DNA from: Hormiphora californensis
Lineage: Eukaryota; Animalia; Ctenophora
Direction: 5' to 3'
Length of the DNA stretch: 64,000 nt
NCBI GenBank assembly: GCA_020137815.1
Contig: CM035350.1
Location: 7,688,001 to 7,752,000, forward strand
The notes under the pieces were generated by a model, which saw only the letters and a program-made list of their open reading frames with translations, searched no databases and was not told the DNA's origin. Shown piece after piece: positions 1 through 16,480 of this stretch; the stretch's first letter is position 1, and each line of letters begins with the position of its first letter. The position numbers were made by a program, and so were the translations under genes.

Positions 1-1275
1 CATGAATGAACAACTAAAGAATGCGGCGGAGGAACGGCGTCAGGAGCAGGAAAGGAGGGCTGGGGAGGCACAGAAAGCCAGAGAGGAATCTGAAAAGAGG
101 GCTCAGGAAGAAGCACGGAGGGCTAGGGAGGAAGCAACTCAACAACAGGCTGCTCCACTCATACAGACAGATGGACGGGCTAGTAGTCCACCACTACCAG
201 CCATGCAGCAGCAGGCCAATCAGCGAGGAAACAGCCCCCCTCTACCAGCACAACAACAACAGCCCTCATCTACCCAACTTTACCAGCAACCTCCATCTAC
301 CCAACTTTACCAGCAACCCCCTGTGCAGAAGCCTCCTAGTCCCCGGATCACCCCCAGAAGGAGCCCCACCCCACCGCGGGTTGCTAGTGGGGGAGCAGGG
401 GATGACAATGCTCGTGATCATGTTATGAACCAGTTATCCGCGTTAAGGGCACAGTTGAACAGACTCCAAACCGTTAAACGGGAACAGGGGGGCCGTCCTG
501 CTGGAGAGGTTCCCTCAGGAGGGGGATTTGAAACACCGCTGGAACGAGCTGCCAAACGACGAACTCCCCTTGGTAAGTGCCATAAACTGAAGCTTGTTGT
601 TTAGTATAATAATATTATACTAAACAGCAAGCTTCAGATATTATTAATATGGACCTCCTCAAAAGAGAAGGAGGGTACAAATTAGATGAGCCGAAGCTCT
701 TAGAGTAGGACCCTTGATTGTGTTTTCTGACAAATTTGAATATATATTCCCCCGTTTTGACGCAATACTCATTACTCACCCACCAGGAATGTTTAAAGAC
801 CTAGAGGACGACATCAATACCAGCCTGCAGATCCAGGACAGGGACAGTCTTGATAACCAGTGTTCCAGTGAGTTTGTTGCGTGCTCCCCCGAACCCAGTC
901 AAGTCCTCCATGGTCGGAGATCAACACAGAACAATCGATATAACAAACAGCGCCCACCCTCATCTACATCCACCTTGAGTTTTGATGTTCACAAGGTAGC
1001 GGAACGCAATGAGGAGAGGCTGAGGAGGCTGGAGAACATGTATTCGAGTAAGTGTTTTAGAATCATTTTCTGTACGTCCCTTTTCGTTACCGGTCTTTTT
1101 ATGATCCAATTATGCTCTCTGTTCGGCCTCTGTTTTTAAATTTAACTAACCCTAATTCTTCCTAGGTCGAGCACTTCACGAACAAAGTCCGGACATGATA
1201 CTGGATGCATTCCTGAGCGACAAGCAACCTGAACAAAGTTTAGAATGCGACACTGCTTACAAACCAGTCGATTGA
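1..1275 (+). CDS. CSPP1: 3' part of CSPP1-like (centrosome/spindle pole-associated protein) gene; exons ~<1-572, 787-1047, 1166-1275
   Basis: Motifs RASSPPLPA, HVMNQLSALRAQL and SFDVHKVAERNEERLRRLENM resemble the CSPP1 C-terminus (recalled VDELRVRNEERMRRLNEF). GT donors at 573 and 1048 and AG acceptors at 786 and 1165 join in frame to a TGA at 1273-1275. Confidence 0.65.
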
Positions 1276-1891
1276 GATTCGCTGAGGGATATTGAGGGAC
1301 TGAAGAGAGTAACGGATGGGCACAGGACGCTGCCAAGAAATTTGAATTATGTTTTGAAGAGAGAAGGGAACCAGGGACAGATATAACTTGAAGTGAAAAT
1401 TATGTTGAGAATCAAATAGAGAAAGAGAAAGAATTTTTGTTATTTTGACAGTTTGTACAGTGGCTTGTGTCTTGTGGAATTGAGAATTCCAATATTTAGG
1501 ATTAGTGCTACTGAATATGAAAGTTTAGGTTAGAATTAGATTAGAGAAAGTTAGAAGGCCGTGGTTCTGGACCTTTCTAGAACACTCGAGGTGTTCTTGT
1601 GCTGAATATTGCCGTGTGCCATCAAACAAAAGAAGTAGTCTAGATAATGATATAATTACTGAAAGTGATGAACCACGATGTTATTTGTAGCATGTTTTGT
1701 TCCTACTAAGTTTTCACTTTTTACCTCCCCGTAACCAAACGTGTGTATTTTGTCGAAATCACTATCAGGGGTGCTCTTGTACTGTATGGCGGCGCCGGTA
1801 AGCGGTAAAGGTTGACCCGTCTCCTGAGAATTATATTTTTATTTGGCCATAACTCAGCCATTTCTTCACCAATTTGCAAAATATTGGGCAC

Positions 1892-2061
1892 GTTGGAAAG
1901 AGGACATTGTGCTCTTTCAGATGAGCCCAAGATAATCAAAATCGGCGCAAATTGCGCGGCGCAATGGCGCAAAATGCGCGTTTTCGCCACTACGCCGCGC
2001 AATTTGCGCCAATTTTCATTTTATTGAGCTCATTTTAAAGATCTTAATGTCTTCTTTCCAA
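1892..2061. mobile_element. Imperfect inverted-repeat (MITE-like) remnant
   Basis: ~70-bp arms ttggaaagaggacatt...aaattgcgcggcg and cgccgcgcaattt...aatgtcttctttccaa are reverse-complementary with mismatches. Confidence 0.5.
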
Positions 2062-2766
2062 TGAGCCCATTTGACAGTGCGCTCAGATGGGTCGCGGCGC
2101 CAGACAGCTCTTGTATGTGCAAGATGATGTTCTCAAATCTCTGGAGAACATCATCTGACGCTTTCCCCCGAGCACCCCTGTACGACTCGGACTATGGGTA
2201 CCGGTTAGTATACATGCGACTACGAAGAGATCTAGGTGATAATGGATGGTGTCCGTCAATGAGACTGTACAACATGAATATATGGGAATATATATGCCGA
2301 CACATAATATGGTTGTGTTAGAACCAATACTATACAAAAGAATGCTACCCTCTGCTCTGCATAATTATACATGTACACGGATCGGTAAATATAGTTACAC
2401 CACAAAGTGCCCCTTCTATGAGTATGAGTTTGATATTTTGTGTGGGTTTTGTGTTTTGGCTTGTCGAGGTGCGTCCATTTGATCTTATTCTGGGTGGCTC
2501 CTATTAGAGCATCTACTCCATGTACTGATCATTCAATTCCATGTGAACAGTTCAATGTTGAATGTGTGTTATATATATGTGTGTGTGTGTGCTTTTGCAC
2601 CTCATTGTGATTTGATGAGGTCACGTGCCGTTCTCTTCATTCTCTCTCAGTCTCTCCACTTGGCCTCCCTCTCTCACTAGCTGTGTGTGACACCTGTTTC
2701 GTTTGTTGTACAGACTCTCTATCCTATATTGCTCATGTTTACACTGCTCCTTTATAAAACCAGATA

Positions 2767-3948
2767 ATGGAACTGGATGCGGATGATGCGATACTACGAA
2801 AGATCGTCACCCTGCTTTGGGAGAAAACCCAAAACCTGGAGCGAATCCAAGACACTTACGAGGGTGAGGTTCGGATTCTAAAAGCACGGGTAGCCCTCCT
2901 GGAGCAGGACAATGGGGTCATTGGGAGGGATCTGGTGGCCCTTCAACAGAAAACTGGACTTGCTGTGAGGAGTGGGTCAGATGGTAGCACAGTCGGGCAG
3001 GAGGGGCATCACAGTATCATTGATAAGTTTGATGAAATGATTCGGAATCATACAGATCATTTTGGTGATCAGGATCATGTTCCAGATCCCGACCAATCCG
3101 TTCACTTTCAGGATCTACAGTGCGCCTCAGTGGAACTAGATGACGTGTTTTCAGTAGATCAAGAGGAAACATCATCCTCTTCACCCCCCTCTATTGAAGT
3201 GGGTGTTGTCAGGCCCGTCCTGAACAGTGGCCTCTCCTACGGAACCTCCACCTTCCACGACCCTCCTGGGAGCTACTCTGACGATGACGTCAGAACTCCT
3301 GTTCCCATGACTCCAACCTCGCCACTAAGAACAGTGGTAACCATGGCAGAGTCCCCGGGTACCAGGATGCGGCCAGTGTTGCTAATCAGATCAGAGGGTA
3401 GTGAGGATAGGGACAGTGGCGTGGCCACAAGCACAGAGGATGGAGTGGAGGTGACATGTTTTGGAAGTCAGGAGGTTGTGGAGGAGGATGAGAGGTCAAA
3501 TGAAACACTTTCAGAAGGTGAGACGCCCATCGAGGAGGTGGTGGTGATGCCACTAGATCAACCAGACTGTATGATATGTGATCCTGGTGACGTGACCCAT
3601 CCTACCGAGGAGGCTCACTCCCTACTAGAAGTGGACACTCCTCCGGCCTCTCCGCCAGACACAATGCTGCTTACCACCAAATGGAATGCCCCCTGGAGTC
3701 GATCTGACACGTTCGATGTCCTACCCACTGGTTCGACCCACCCAGCGACAGTCCCCGCTAAGCCTCTCCGCCGGGTAACCCCCGGTAGTGGGGCCACCGA
3801 TCCACCAAGTGGTGGTGTTGTGAGAAGGGAGTCTAGTTCGGAGGGTGGCCGGTCCTCTACATTCTCCCTAGTTAGCTCTGGGTCTAGTACGGACATTGAA
3901 CTTCAGTACATCACACCCCAGGATTGCGGCAGTGAAGAGGAGTCATGA
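2767..3948 (+). CDS. Uncharacterised 393-aa protein; N-terminal coiled coil, acidic S/T/P-rich disordered remainder
   Basis: Long uninterrupted ORF, heptad-like N-terminus (LWEKTQNLERIQDTYEGEVRILKARVALLEQ) and an acceptor-like aaaccag just before the ATG. Confidence 0.6.
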   Translation: MELDADDAILRKIVTLLWEKTQNLERIQDTYEGEVRILKARVALLEQDNGVIGRDLVALQQKTGLAVRSGSDGSTVGQEGHHSIIDKFDEMIRNHTDHFGDQDHVPDPDQSVHFQDLQCASVELDDVFSVDQEETSSSSPPSIEVGVVRPVLNSGLSYGTSTFHDPPGSYSDDDVRTPVPMTPTSPLRTVVTMAESPGTRMRPVLLIRSEGSEDRDSGVATSTEDGVEVTCFGSQEVVEEDERSNETLSEGETPIEEVVVMPLDQPDCMICDPGDVTHPTEEAHSLLEVDTPPASPPDTMLLTTKWNAPWSRSDTFDVLPTGSTHPATVPAKPLRRVTPGSGATDPPSGGVVRRESSSEGGRSSTFSLVSSGSSTDIELQYITPQDCGSEEES

Positions 3949-4560
3949 TTCTTGATCGGGGTACCACGACGAGATCCATTGACCCTCACGACATTTGATA
4001 TGTTCTAACCCTCCCCTTTGTAAGGCAGTCTAGCTTGGCAACATCTCATGGAGAGGCTGACAGATCAGAGATGGGGTGTGATTCTGACATTCTGTCCGGT
4101 GAAGCTGTGTCTAGGACCTAAGTTCCGACATCCCACCAGTATTTGGACGATCAAAAGGCGGTTTTTAAAATTCGGAAAACAATCAGAATTACAATAACAT
4201 TTTTCCATTGATTGATAAAAAATGGGGATTTAAATAATAGATTAATAGTAAAAATAAAGAGATGGCGTCTTTCTTTTAAAACATTCGTGATAAAAATAGT
4301 TGCTTCATAGCGTAATCTGAATAGTTCGAAATGCTTAAAAAGATCAAACGCATCGACACACTCACAGACAGAACGGACAAAGTTATTGTACATGGCTACA
4401 CTCTACCACTTTTCACCGGCTGATTTCTGCCTCTGAATAAGTAACAAATATTCGCTCTTATTTCAAATGTTCAATATTGAATATACTTTCTCCGTGACCA
4501 CTCTCTTCTAAACAATGAAAATAGAACGTACAAAAATACAATATTGATCCACAACTATCC

Positions 4561-10052
<5,492 letters not shown>

Positions 10053-10063
10053 TATAAAGGAAG

Positions 10064-10162
10064 GTGGTTTAAAAGTGGTTAAGTACAGGATAGGAGGGCT
10101 AGGGTGGTTTGAAAGTGGTTAGGTACAGGATAGGAGGTAGGGTGGTTTGAAAGTGGTTAGGT
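10064..10162. repeat. ~3 copies of a ~38-bp unit immediately upstream of the DDX43 acceptor/ATG
   Basis: Repeated ggtggtttgaaagtggttaggtacaggataggagg; two copies contain CTAAC on the minus strand. Confidence 0.7.
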
Positions 10163-10902
10163 TTATAGAGGGGAGAGTGGTGTTGGGGTAATTGAGATAA
10201 CTAAAAGAACATTTGGGTTACTTGAGGTGGATATTAAAACACGATTTTATCTTCCAAATCCATGGGTATGGGGAGAGATCAGTCGTTTCATGCAGTTTAG
10301 GCGGGTTTATAACTATTTACTCATATTTTATTCATCTCTCACGATATCGTAAATACAAAGCGAACCACATACACTTTGAGAATAGAAAGGGGGAGCACAC
10401 TCCAACATTCTAGCCATCTTAACAAGAGAGGAGAGAGAAATGGAAAGGGGCACAGCATATAATATATTGCCTACCAAATAAATAAGTCATTGAAGCTTAT
10501 TCCTGAAAAGTAATAACTTATTTACAAGATCATCACTCAGATATTATATATTCGTTAATAATGTTAATATACTCCAACTGATTACACATACTACCAATAT
10601 ATAATTTTATATCAATCTACTGAAGAGGAAGAGAGAATTGGAAATGAGAGAGAGGATTGAAAAACGGGTGGGAAAGGACGTGTAAAATGTAGGCACATAT
10701 ATCAAAAGGAGACCACAAAAGAGCCCGGAAGGGTGATACAAAAAAAACGGAGAGGAGGATGGAATTCAAAGGGTTCGTATCTCGGTTCAAGTTCATATAT
10801 CAAACGTTATAGAGTGAGAAAAAGGGGTAACCGTAATGTATAAATAAGTGATGTGTTGAAAAAACCCTTGAACACAGATAGAGAGATTGTTAGAAAGTGT
10901 TG

Positions 10903-12453
10903 TTAGAGGGCGGGTACATCAGGCTCATCAATAACTTGGTAAATGAAATCCCGTGTGTCCAAGACATCGTTCCTTGCTCCAATTAGAACAACTTTAGTTT
11001 CCCCTCCCTCAACTTCATCCTTCTTAACGTCAATCTTAACCCTATACGTCCTCTCCATATCCCTGATCTTACTGCCACCCCGTCCGATTATCTTCCCCAG
11101 ACTCCCCGTGTCCACCCAAATATCCATGGAACCCCTCTCCTGTCCCTCGTCAGCCTCATCATCATTCTCCGCCGCCACGATGTCCTCAATGATAGCCCGG
11201 GCGTCCGCACAGGCATCCGGGTGTCCACTAACAGTGACCAAACAAAGACCATCTGCATTTCGCTCCTTACTGTAGACATCCACCCTGGTTCCAGTTCGGG
11301 CCTCGATCTCAGCTACCTTAGATCCGGATTTACCGATGATCATACCGCATGCACTTTCGGGTACCCACACAGACAGCTTCCTCTCGGGTGCCTGTCTCTC
11401 TTGACCTCCCTGATCGCGGCTCTGGGCGATAATCGCAGAGATCTCATCCTGCGCTGCCGTGCACTGGTCCTTCGATCCACTGATTACCACCTGGACCTTG
11501 CCATCCTTAGCCTCACTCTTCTTGTCAATCTTTATCGTAGCTCCGGTATTATCCTGAAGAGCCCTGATTTTAGATCCCCGTCCACCGATTATCAACCCAC
11601 ACAATCTCTCCTCAATCATCATGATAAGAGCAGGGGAATTAGCCTCTTCTAAAATGTCCTGGACCAACTGCCGAGCGGCAGCGGCATCTTCAGCATCACC
11701 AGTAATAGACAGACGGACAGCACCGTCCACGGCAGTGGCTCGACGGGCAATTTCAATCTGGGTATTGGTCCTCTCCTGGATATCTCGGATGGTGGCTCCC
11801 ATGGGCCCAATTATCCTTCTCGTCATGTCGATAGGAACCTCCATCACCTCACTGGGAGGGGGCTTCTCAATTTTCTCAACATTCTGAGATTCACTGATCA
11901 GATTTTTGATGATCTGCTCGGCAGCATCACACGCCTCCTGGTCTCCTGTTAGTGAGATGGTGATATAACCATCAACAGCCGTGTCACGTGACCCAACATC
12001 AACTGTAGCACCGGTATCCTGCTGGATTTCCCGGATCTTTGAGCCCCGGGACCCAATAACAAGGCCACATTTATCCTCAGGGACCTGGAAACTAACATTC
12101 GGCTCGTAGGATTGTTGGTGTTGGGGAGGACCCCGTTTTCCCGGAGAGTTACCCATCTCATTCCGGTCCTGGAGAAGACGGGAGATAAGGGATTTAGCGC
12201 TGGCAACCTGTTCTGCTGATCCTGAAATCCTGACGACGGTGTCATCTCCATCAACCTCATCTGTCACGTCAATCTTGGCACGGGATCGCTCCTGTAGTTC
12301 CCGAATCTTGGCACCCTTCCGCCCGATAATCCTGCCAATTTTGAACGAAGGCACAGCCATTTTATCCTTGGCTGCGGGTGGACCGGCACCAGGCTGCGCC
12401 GATGTTGGTCCTTGGTCCCCGGCCTCCGTTTTGTCCCCTCGTCCACGAGCCAT
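10903..12453 (-). CDS. Intronless six-KH-domain RNA-binding protein (516 aa), N-terminal RGRG
   Basis: Six type-I KH GxxG loops: IIGRKG, VIGSRG, IIGPMG, IIGGRG, IIGKSG, IIGRGG. Confidence 0.9.
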   Translation of the reverse strand: MARGRGDKTEAGDQGPTSAQPGAGPPAAKDKMAVPSFKIGRIIGRKGAKIRELQERSRAKIDVTDEVDGDDTVVRISGSAEQVASAKSLISRLLQDRNEMGNSPGKRGPPQHQQSYEPNVSFQVPEDKCGLVIGSRGSKIREIQQDTGATVDVGSRDTAVDGYITISLTGDQEACDAAEQIIKNLISESQNVEKIEKPPPSEVMEVPIDMTRRIIGPMGATIRDIQERTNTQIEIARRATAVDGAVRLSITGDAEDAAAARQLVQDILEEANSPALIMMIEERLCGLIIGGRGSKIRALQDNTGATIKIDKKSEAKDGKVQVVISGSKDQCTAAQDEISAIIAQSRDQGGQERQAPERKLSVWVPESACGMIIGKSGSKVAEIEARTGTRVDVYSKERNADGLCLVTVSGHPDACADARAIIEDIVAAENDDEADEGQERGSMDIWVDTGSLGKIIGRGGSKIRDMERTYRVKIDVKKDEVEGGETKVVLIGARNDVLDTRDFIYQVIDEPDVPAL

Positions 12454-12682
12454 ACTGGGCTAGAAAGGAGAGGGATGTTAACACTGAAAGAAGAGAGAGA
12501 GGGGATGAGAGAAAGGGATAGAGAAGTTGGGGCGGTTTGGGAAGGAGTAAAACTCAGAAAGTTCTGTAGAAGAAATTCTAAAATTGGTAAAACAAATTAA
12601 TAAAAAGATGTCATTCTGGTCAAACTTGTGAGCTATAATAAATAGAGAGATCTGACTGTCCCACACAAACACACCTGGAGAA

Positions 12683-12791
12683 CAGGCACCGACCGGCACA
12701 AGTAAACAACCAATCAGAAGTCGTTATTTAGGTCACGTGATTGGTTATCAGCCAATCAGGGACCAGTATTTCCTGATTCGGTCGGTTCCTG
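12683..12791. mobile_element. 109-bp hAT-type MITE
   Basis: TIRs CAGG(C/A)ACCGACCG...CGGTCGGTTCCTG flanked by an 8-bp TSD CTGGAGAA (12675-12682, 12792-12799). Confidence 0.85.
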
Positions 12792-12804
12792 CTGGAGAAC
12801 CTGT

Positions 12805-13299
12805 CTAGGCTACCAAGTTCCTGATGATCTGCTCGGCAGCATCACAGGCATCCTTGTCACCAGATAGCGAGATGGTGATCTGACCATTGACAGCCGTGTC
12901 ACGTCGTCCGACATCAACATTAGCGCCGGTTTCGTCTTGGATTTCCCGGATCTTTGAGCCCCTGGATCCAATTACAAGACCACATTTGTGCTCTGGGATG
13001 GGGAAACTCAGAGTAGGTTCGCCGCCGAATTGGCGCTGTTGGGGAGGTCCCCGTTCTCGGTTTCCGTATCCTTCCCTGTCTGTGAGAAGCTGGGAGATGA
13101 GAGATTGAGCATCTGCAACCTGATCTTCTGATCCAGAAATCCTCACCATAGTTTCATCTCCATTGACCTCATCTGTGATATCGATCTTGGCACCGGATTG
13201 GTCTTGCAGTTCCCTAATCTTGATTCCCTTTCGGCCGATAATCCTGCCAACTTTGGATGAAGGCACTGGCATTTTCTCCATGGCTGAGGGTCCGTCCAT
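12805..13299 (-). CDS. Intronless two-KH-domain protein (164 aa), paralog A
   Basis: KH loops IIGRKG and VIGSRG; near-identical to 13507-14001; acceptor ctag|ttcagtATG. Confidence 0.85.
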   Translation of the reverse strand: MDGPSAMEKMPVPSSKVGRIIGRKGIKIRELQDQSGAKIDITDEVNGDETMVRISGSEDQVADAQSLISQLLTDREGYGNRERGPPQQRQFGGEPTLSFPIPEHKCGLVIGSRGSKIREIQDETGANVDVGRRDTAVNGQITISLSGDKDACDAAEQIIRNLVA

Positions 13300-13506
13300 A
13301 CTGAACTAGATAGGAGAGGGGAATAGCGTATTAGTATGGGATTGGAAGGGAATGTTAGTATGGGAAGGGATAGTCGAGAGGTGCAGGGGAGTAGGGTTGA
13401 TGTGGGAAGGAGTGAAACTCAGGACTGATTTTAAATTGAGAAACCGTTTGAAAACTGTCAAAACAATGTAATAAAAAAAATGAAAATAAATAATCAAACT
13501 CTGTGC

Positions 13507-14001
13507 CTAACTAATCAGATTCTTAATGACATTTTCGGCGGCCATGCACGCATCCTTGTCACCAGATAGCGAGATGGTGATCTGACCATTGACAGCCGTG
13601 TCACGTCGTCCGACATCAACATTAGCGCCGGTTTCGTCTTGGATTTCCCGGATCTTTGAGCCCCTGGATCCAATGACCATACCGCACTTATCTTCAGGGA
13701 TCTGGAAACTGATGGTGGGTTCGCCTCCATATTGGCGCTGTTGGGGAGGTCCCCGTTCTCGGTTTCCGTATCCTTCCCTGTCTGTGAGAAGCTGGGAGAT
13801 GAGAGATTGAGCATCTGCAACCTGATCTTCTGATCCAGAAATCCTAACCATAGTTTCATCTCCATTGACCTCATCTGTGATATCGATCTTGGCACCGGAT
13901 TGGTCTTGCAGTTCCCTAATCTTGATTCCCTTTCGGCCGATAATCCTGCCAACTTTGGATGAAGGCACTGGCATTTTCTCCATGGCTGAGGGTCCGTCCA
14001 T
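13507..14001 (-). CDS. Intronless two-KH-domain protein (164 aa), paralog B
   Basis: Same architecture as 12805-13299 and the same acceptor context ctag|ttcagtATG. Confidence 0.85.
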   Translation of the reverse strand: MDGPSAMEKMPVPSSKVGRIIGRKGIKIRELQDQSGAKIDITDEVNGDETMVRISGSEDQVADAQSLISQLLTDREGYGNRERGPPQQRQYGGEPTISFQIPEDKCGMVIGSRGSKIREIQDETGANVDVGRRDTAVNGQITISLSGDKDACMAAENVIKNLIS

Positions 14002-14329
14002 ACTGAACTAGATAGGAGAGGGAGGGTTAATATATTGGAAGGGAGTGTTCGGGTTGGAAAGGGGGAAGTAAGACATTCGTAGGGTTGATTTGGGGAGGAA
14101 TAAAACTTCAAAACATTCTTTAGAACCAATAAAATAGTTAAAACAACGTAATATAAAGTGTGAAGCAAATAGGGTGAAAACCCAGGCAGGGAAGATAATG
14201 AGACACCAATGATGACTCATTATACTCCCCTATTGTAAGCTGATTCAATAACCCAGTCCCGTCCATTCATATCCCCCAAGAAACCTCAGTTCAGAATTTA
14301 ATGATCATAAGCGTTGTGTTATAAATTAC

Positions 14330-14560
14330 CAGCCCAGCCATCTCCTGAGAGGGTATCGATCCCTCTCAACATGTGTGTATCTGTAATCTTGTCTTTTGCC
14401 TGTGTGTTGATCTTGCTACCTCCTTATCCCAAATCTTCGCATCTCTTTTCGGCCTCCCCAATCTACATTCAACTCCTCATCCTGGCCAGTTGGTATTTAG
14501 GCACCACAACCACCACCACCGCCTCCTCATCTCCGTACCATCTCACATTTGCTCCATTAC
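14330..14560 (-). pseudogene. Degenerate KH-domain relic
   Basis: The minus strand retains GGAGGTAGCAAGATCAAC (GGSKIN) with flanks resembling KH2 of the 16481-17794 gene, but the frame is broken. Confidence 0.4.
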
Positions 14561-14599
14561 CACTTAGTATATATATCTCGTTGAACTGTCCTGCCCCTC

Positions 14600-15640
14600 T
14601 TATAACTCGTCCTGGCTCTGAGCAATGATGGAGTTGATCTCGTTCTGAGCTGCGGCACACTGGTCCTCAGAACCACTGATCACCACCTGGACCTTGCCAT
14701 CCTTAGCCTCACTCTTCTTGTCTATCTTAATAGCAGTTCCGGTGCTGTCCTGAAGAGCCCTGATTTTAGATCCCCGTCCACCGATGATCAATCCACAGAA
14801 TCTCTCCTCAATCATCATGACAAGAGATGGAGCGTCCACCTCCTCTAGAATATCCTGGATGAGACGTTTTGCAGCGGCAGCATCCTTGGCATCACCAGTG
14901 ATAGACAGACGGACAATTCCATTTACTGCAGTGGATCGTCGAGCAATCTCGATCTCAGTGTTGGTCCTCTCCTGGATATCTCGAACTGTGGCTCCCATGG
15001 GCCCGATGATCCTTCTCGTCATGTCGATGGAGACATCCATCACCTCACTGGGAGGGGGCTTCTCGATCTTGTCCTTGTTCTGTGACTCGGTCACCAGGTT
15101 CTTGATGATCTGCTCGGCAGCATCACACGCCTCCTGGTCTCCTGTTAGCGAGACGGTTACAAAACCATCAACAGCCGTGTCACGTCGCCCGACATCAATG
15201 GTAGCTCCGGTATCCTGCTGGATTTCCCGGATCTTTGAGCCTCGGGACCCAATGACAAGGCCACACTTATCATCTGGAATCTGGAAAGTCACACTCGGTT
15301 CGTCGAACTCCTGGTTTCGGGGTGGTCGGTCACCACCACGGTCCCGTCTGGGAGGGGCGTCACCCATCTCATCCCTATTCTGGATAAGTCTGGAGATAAG
15401 AGATTTAGCGTGGTCGACCTGATCGGCTGATCCTGAAATCCTTATCAAGGTATCGTCTCCATCAACCTCATCTGTCACGTCAATCTTGGCACGGGATCGA
15501 TCCTGAAGTTCCCTAATCTTTGCACCCTTCCGCCCGATAATCCTGCCAACTCGGAAAGATGGCACCGCCATTGTATCTTCGGCTGCGGGCAGATCAGCTG
15601 ATCCCTGATCCTCCGCACTGTCCCCTCGTCCACGAGCCAT
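14600..15640 (-). CDS. Intronless four-KH-domain protein (346 aa), paralog of the first four KH domains of 10903-12453
   Basis: MARGRG start; KH loops IIGRKG, VIGSRG, IIGPMG and IIGGRG are collinear with the six-KH gene. Confidence 0.9.
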   Translation of the reverse strand: MARGRGDSAEDQGSADLPAAEDTMAVPSFRVGRIIGRKGAKIRELQDRSRAKIDVTDEVDGDDTLIRISGSADQVDHAKSLISRLIQNRDEMGDAPPRRDRGGDRPPRNQEFDEPSVTFQIPDDKCGLVIGSRGSKIREIQQDTGATIDVGRRDTAVDGFVTVSLTGDQEACDAAEQIIKNLVTESQNKDKIEKPPPSEVMDVSIDMTRRIIGPMGATVRDIQERTNTEIEIARRSTAVNGIVRLSITGDAKDAAAAKRLIQDILEEVDAPSLVMMIEERFCGLIIGGRGSKIRALQDSTGTAIKIDKKSEAKDGKVQVVISGSEDQCAAAQNEINSIIAQSQDEL

Positions 15641-16080
15641 GTTGGACTAGACAGAGAGGTGTGTGGGTTAGTATTGGGGGATATTGGACTAGACAGAGGT
15701 GTGTGGGTTAGTATTGGGGGATATTAGGTCAGGGGAAGGGGGCTTTGAGCCATGTTGGACTAGATAGAGAGGTGCGTGGGTTAGTATTGGGGGATATTAG
15801 GTGAGAGGGGGCCTAGACAGGAGAGGTGTGTGGGTTAGTATTGGGGGGTATTAGGGGGAGGGGCTTTGAGCCATGTTGGACTAGACAGAGAGGTGTGTGG
15901 GTTAGTATTGGGGGATATTAGGGGAGTGTGTGGGTTAGTATTGGGGGATATTAGGGGGAGGGGGCTTTGAGACTAGACAGAGGTGTGTGGGTTAGTATTG
16001 GGGGATATTAGGGGGAGGGGCTTTGAGACTAGACAGAGGTGTGTGGGTTAGTATTGGGGGATATTAGGGGGAGGGGGCTT
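15634..16080. repeat. Irregular minisatellite built from branch point + acceptor (+ATG in some copies) of the four-KH gene
   Basis: Repeated (gagccatgttg)gactagacagagaggtgtgtgggttagtattgggggatatt. Minus strand: TACTAAC...ctctctgtcTAG|tccaacATGgctc. Confidence 0.9.
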
Positions 16081-16480
16081 CGAGAAATGGCGTCCGTTCG
16101 GAAGGAGTAAAACTCAACAAGTTTTATAGAATCGATTGTAAAATTGTTAAAACAAATTAATAAAAAAGTGGTATTCTGGTAATAGAATTATGCTAATAAA
16201 GAGGGGGGATAGATAGTCTCTCCAGCATCCCTATCTATATATGATTGTCTCACATAGGAGTGTAACACACGCTCTGTTTCCATGCAAAATCACATGGGGG
16301 TAGGTAGAAAAATAACCAATATATCAGGGGGTTCCTGACAAAAGTTGTGAGACACACAGACACGATAACGATCCGATGAAAAAGTTCTCGAAAAGAGTCA
16401 TTAGCCCAGTTCTGATCAACTCCCCGCGACCATCCTCTAACACAGAACATAATTTGATTATTGATAATTGATGTAATAAT

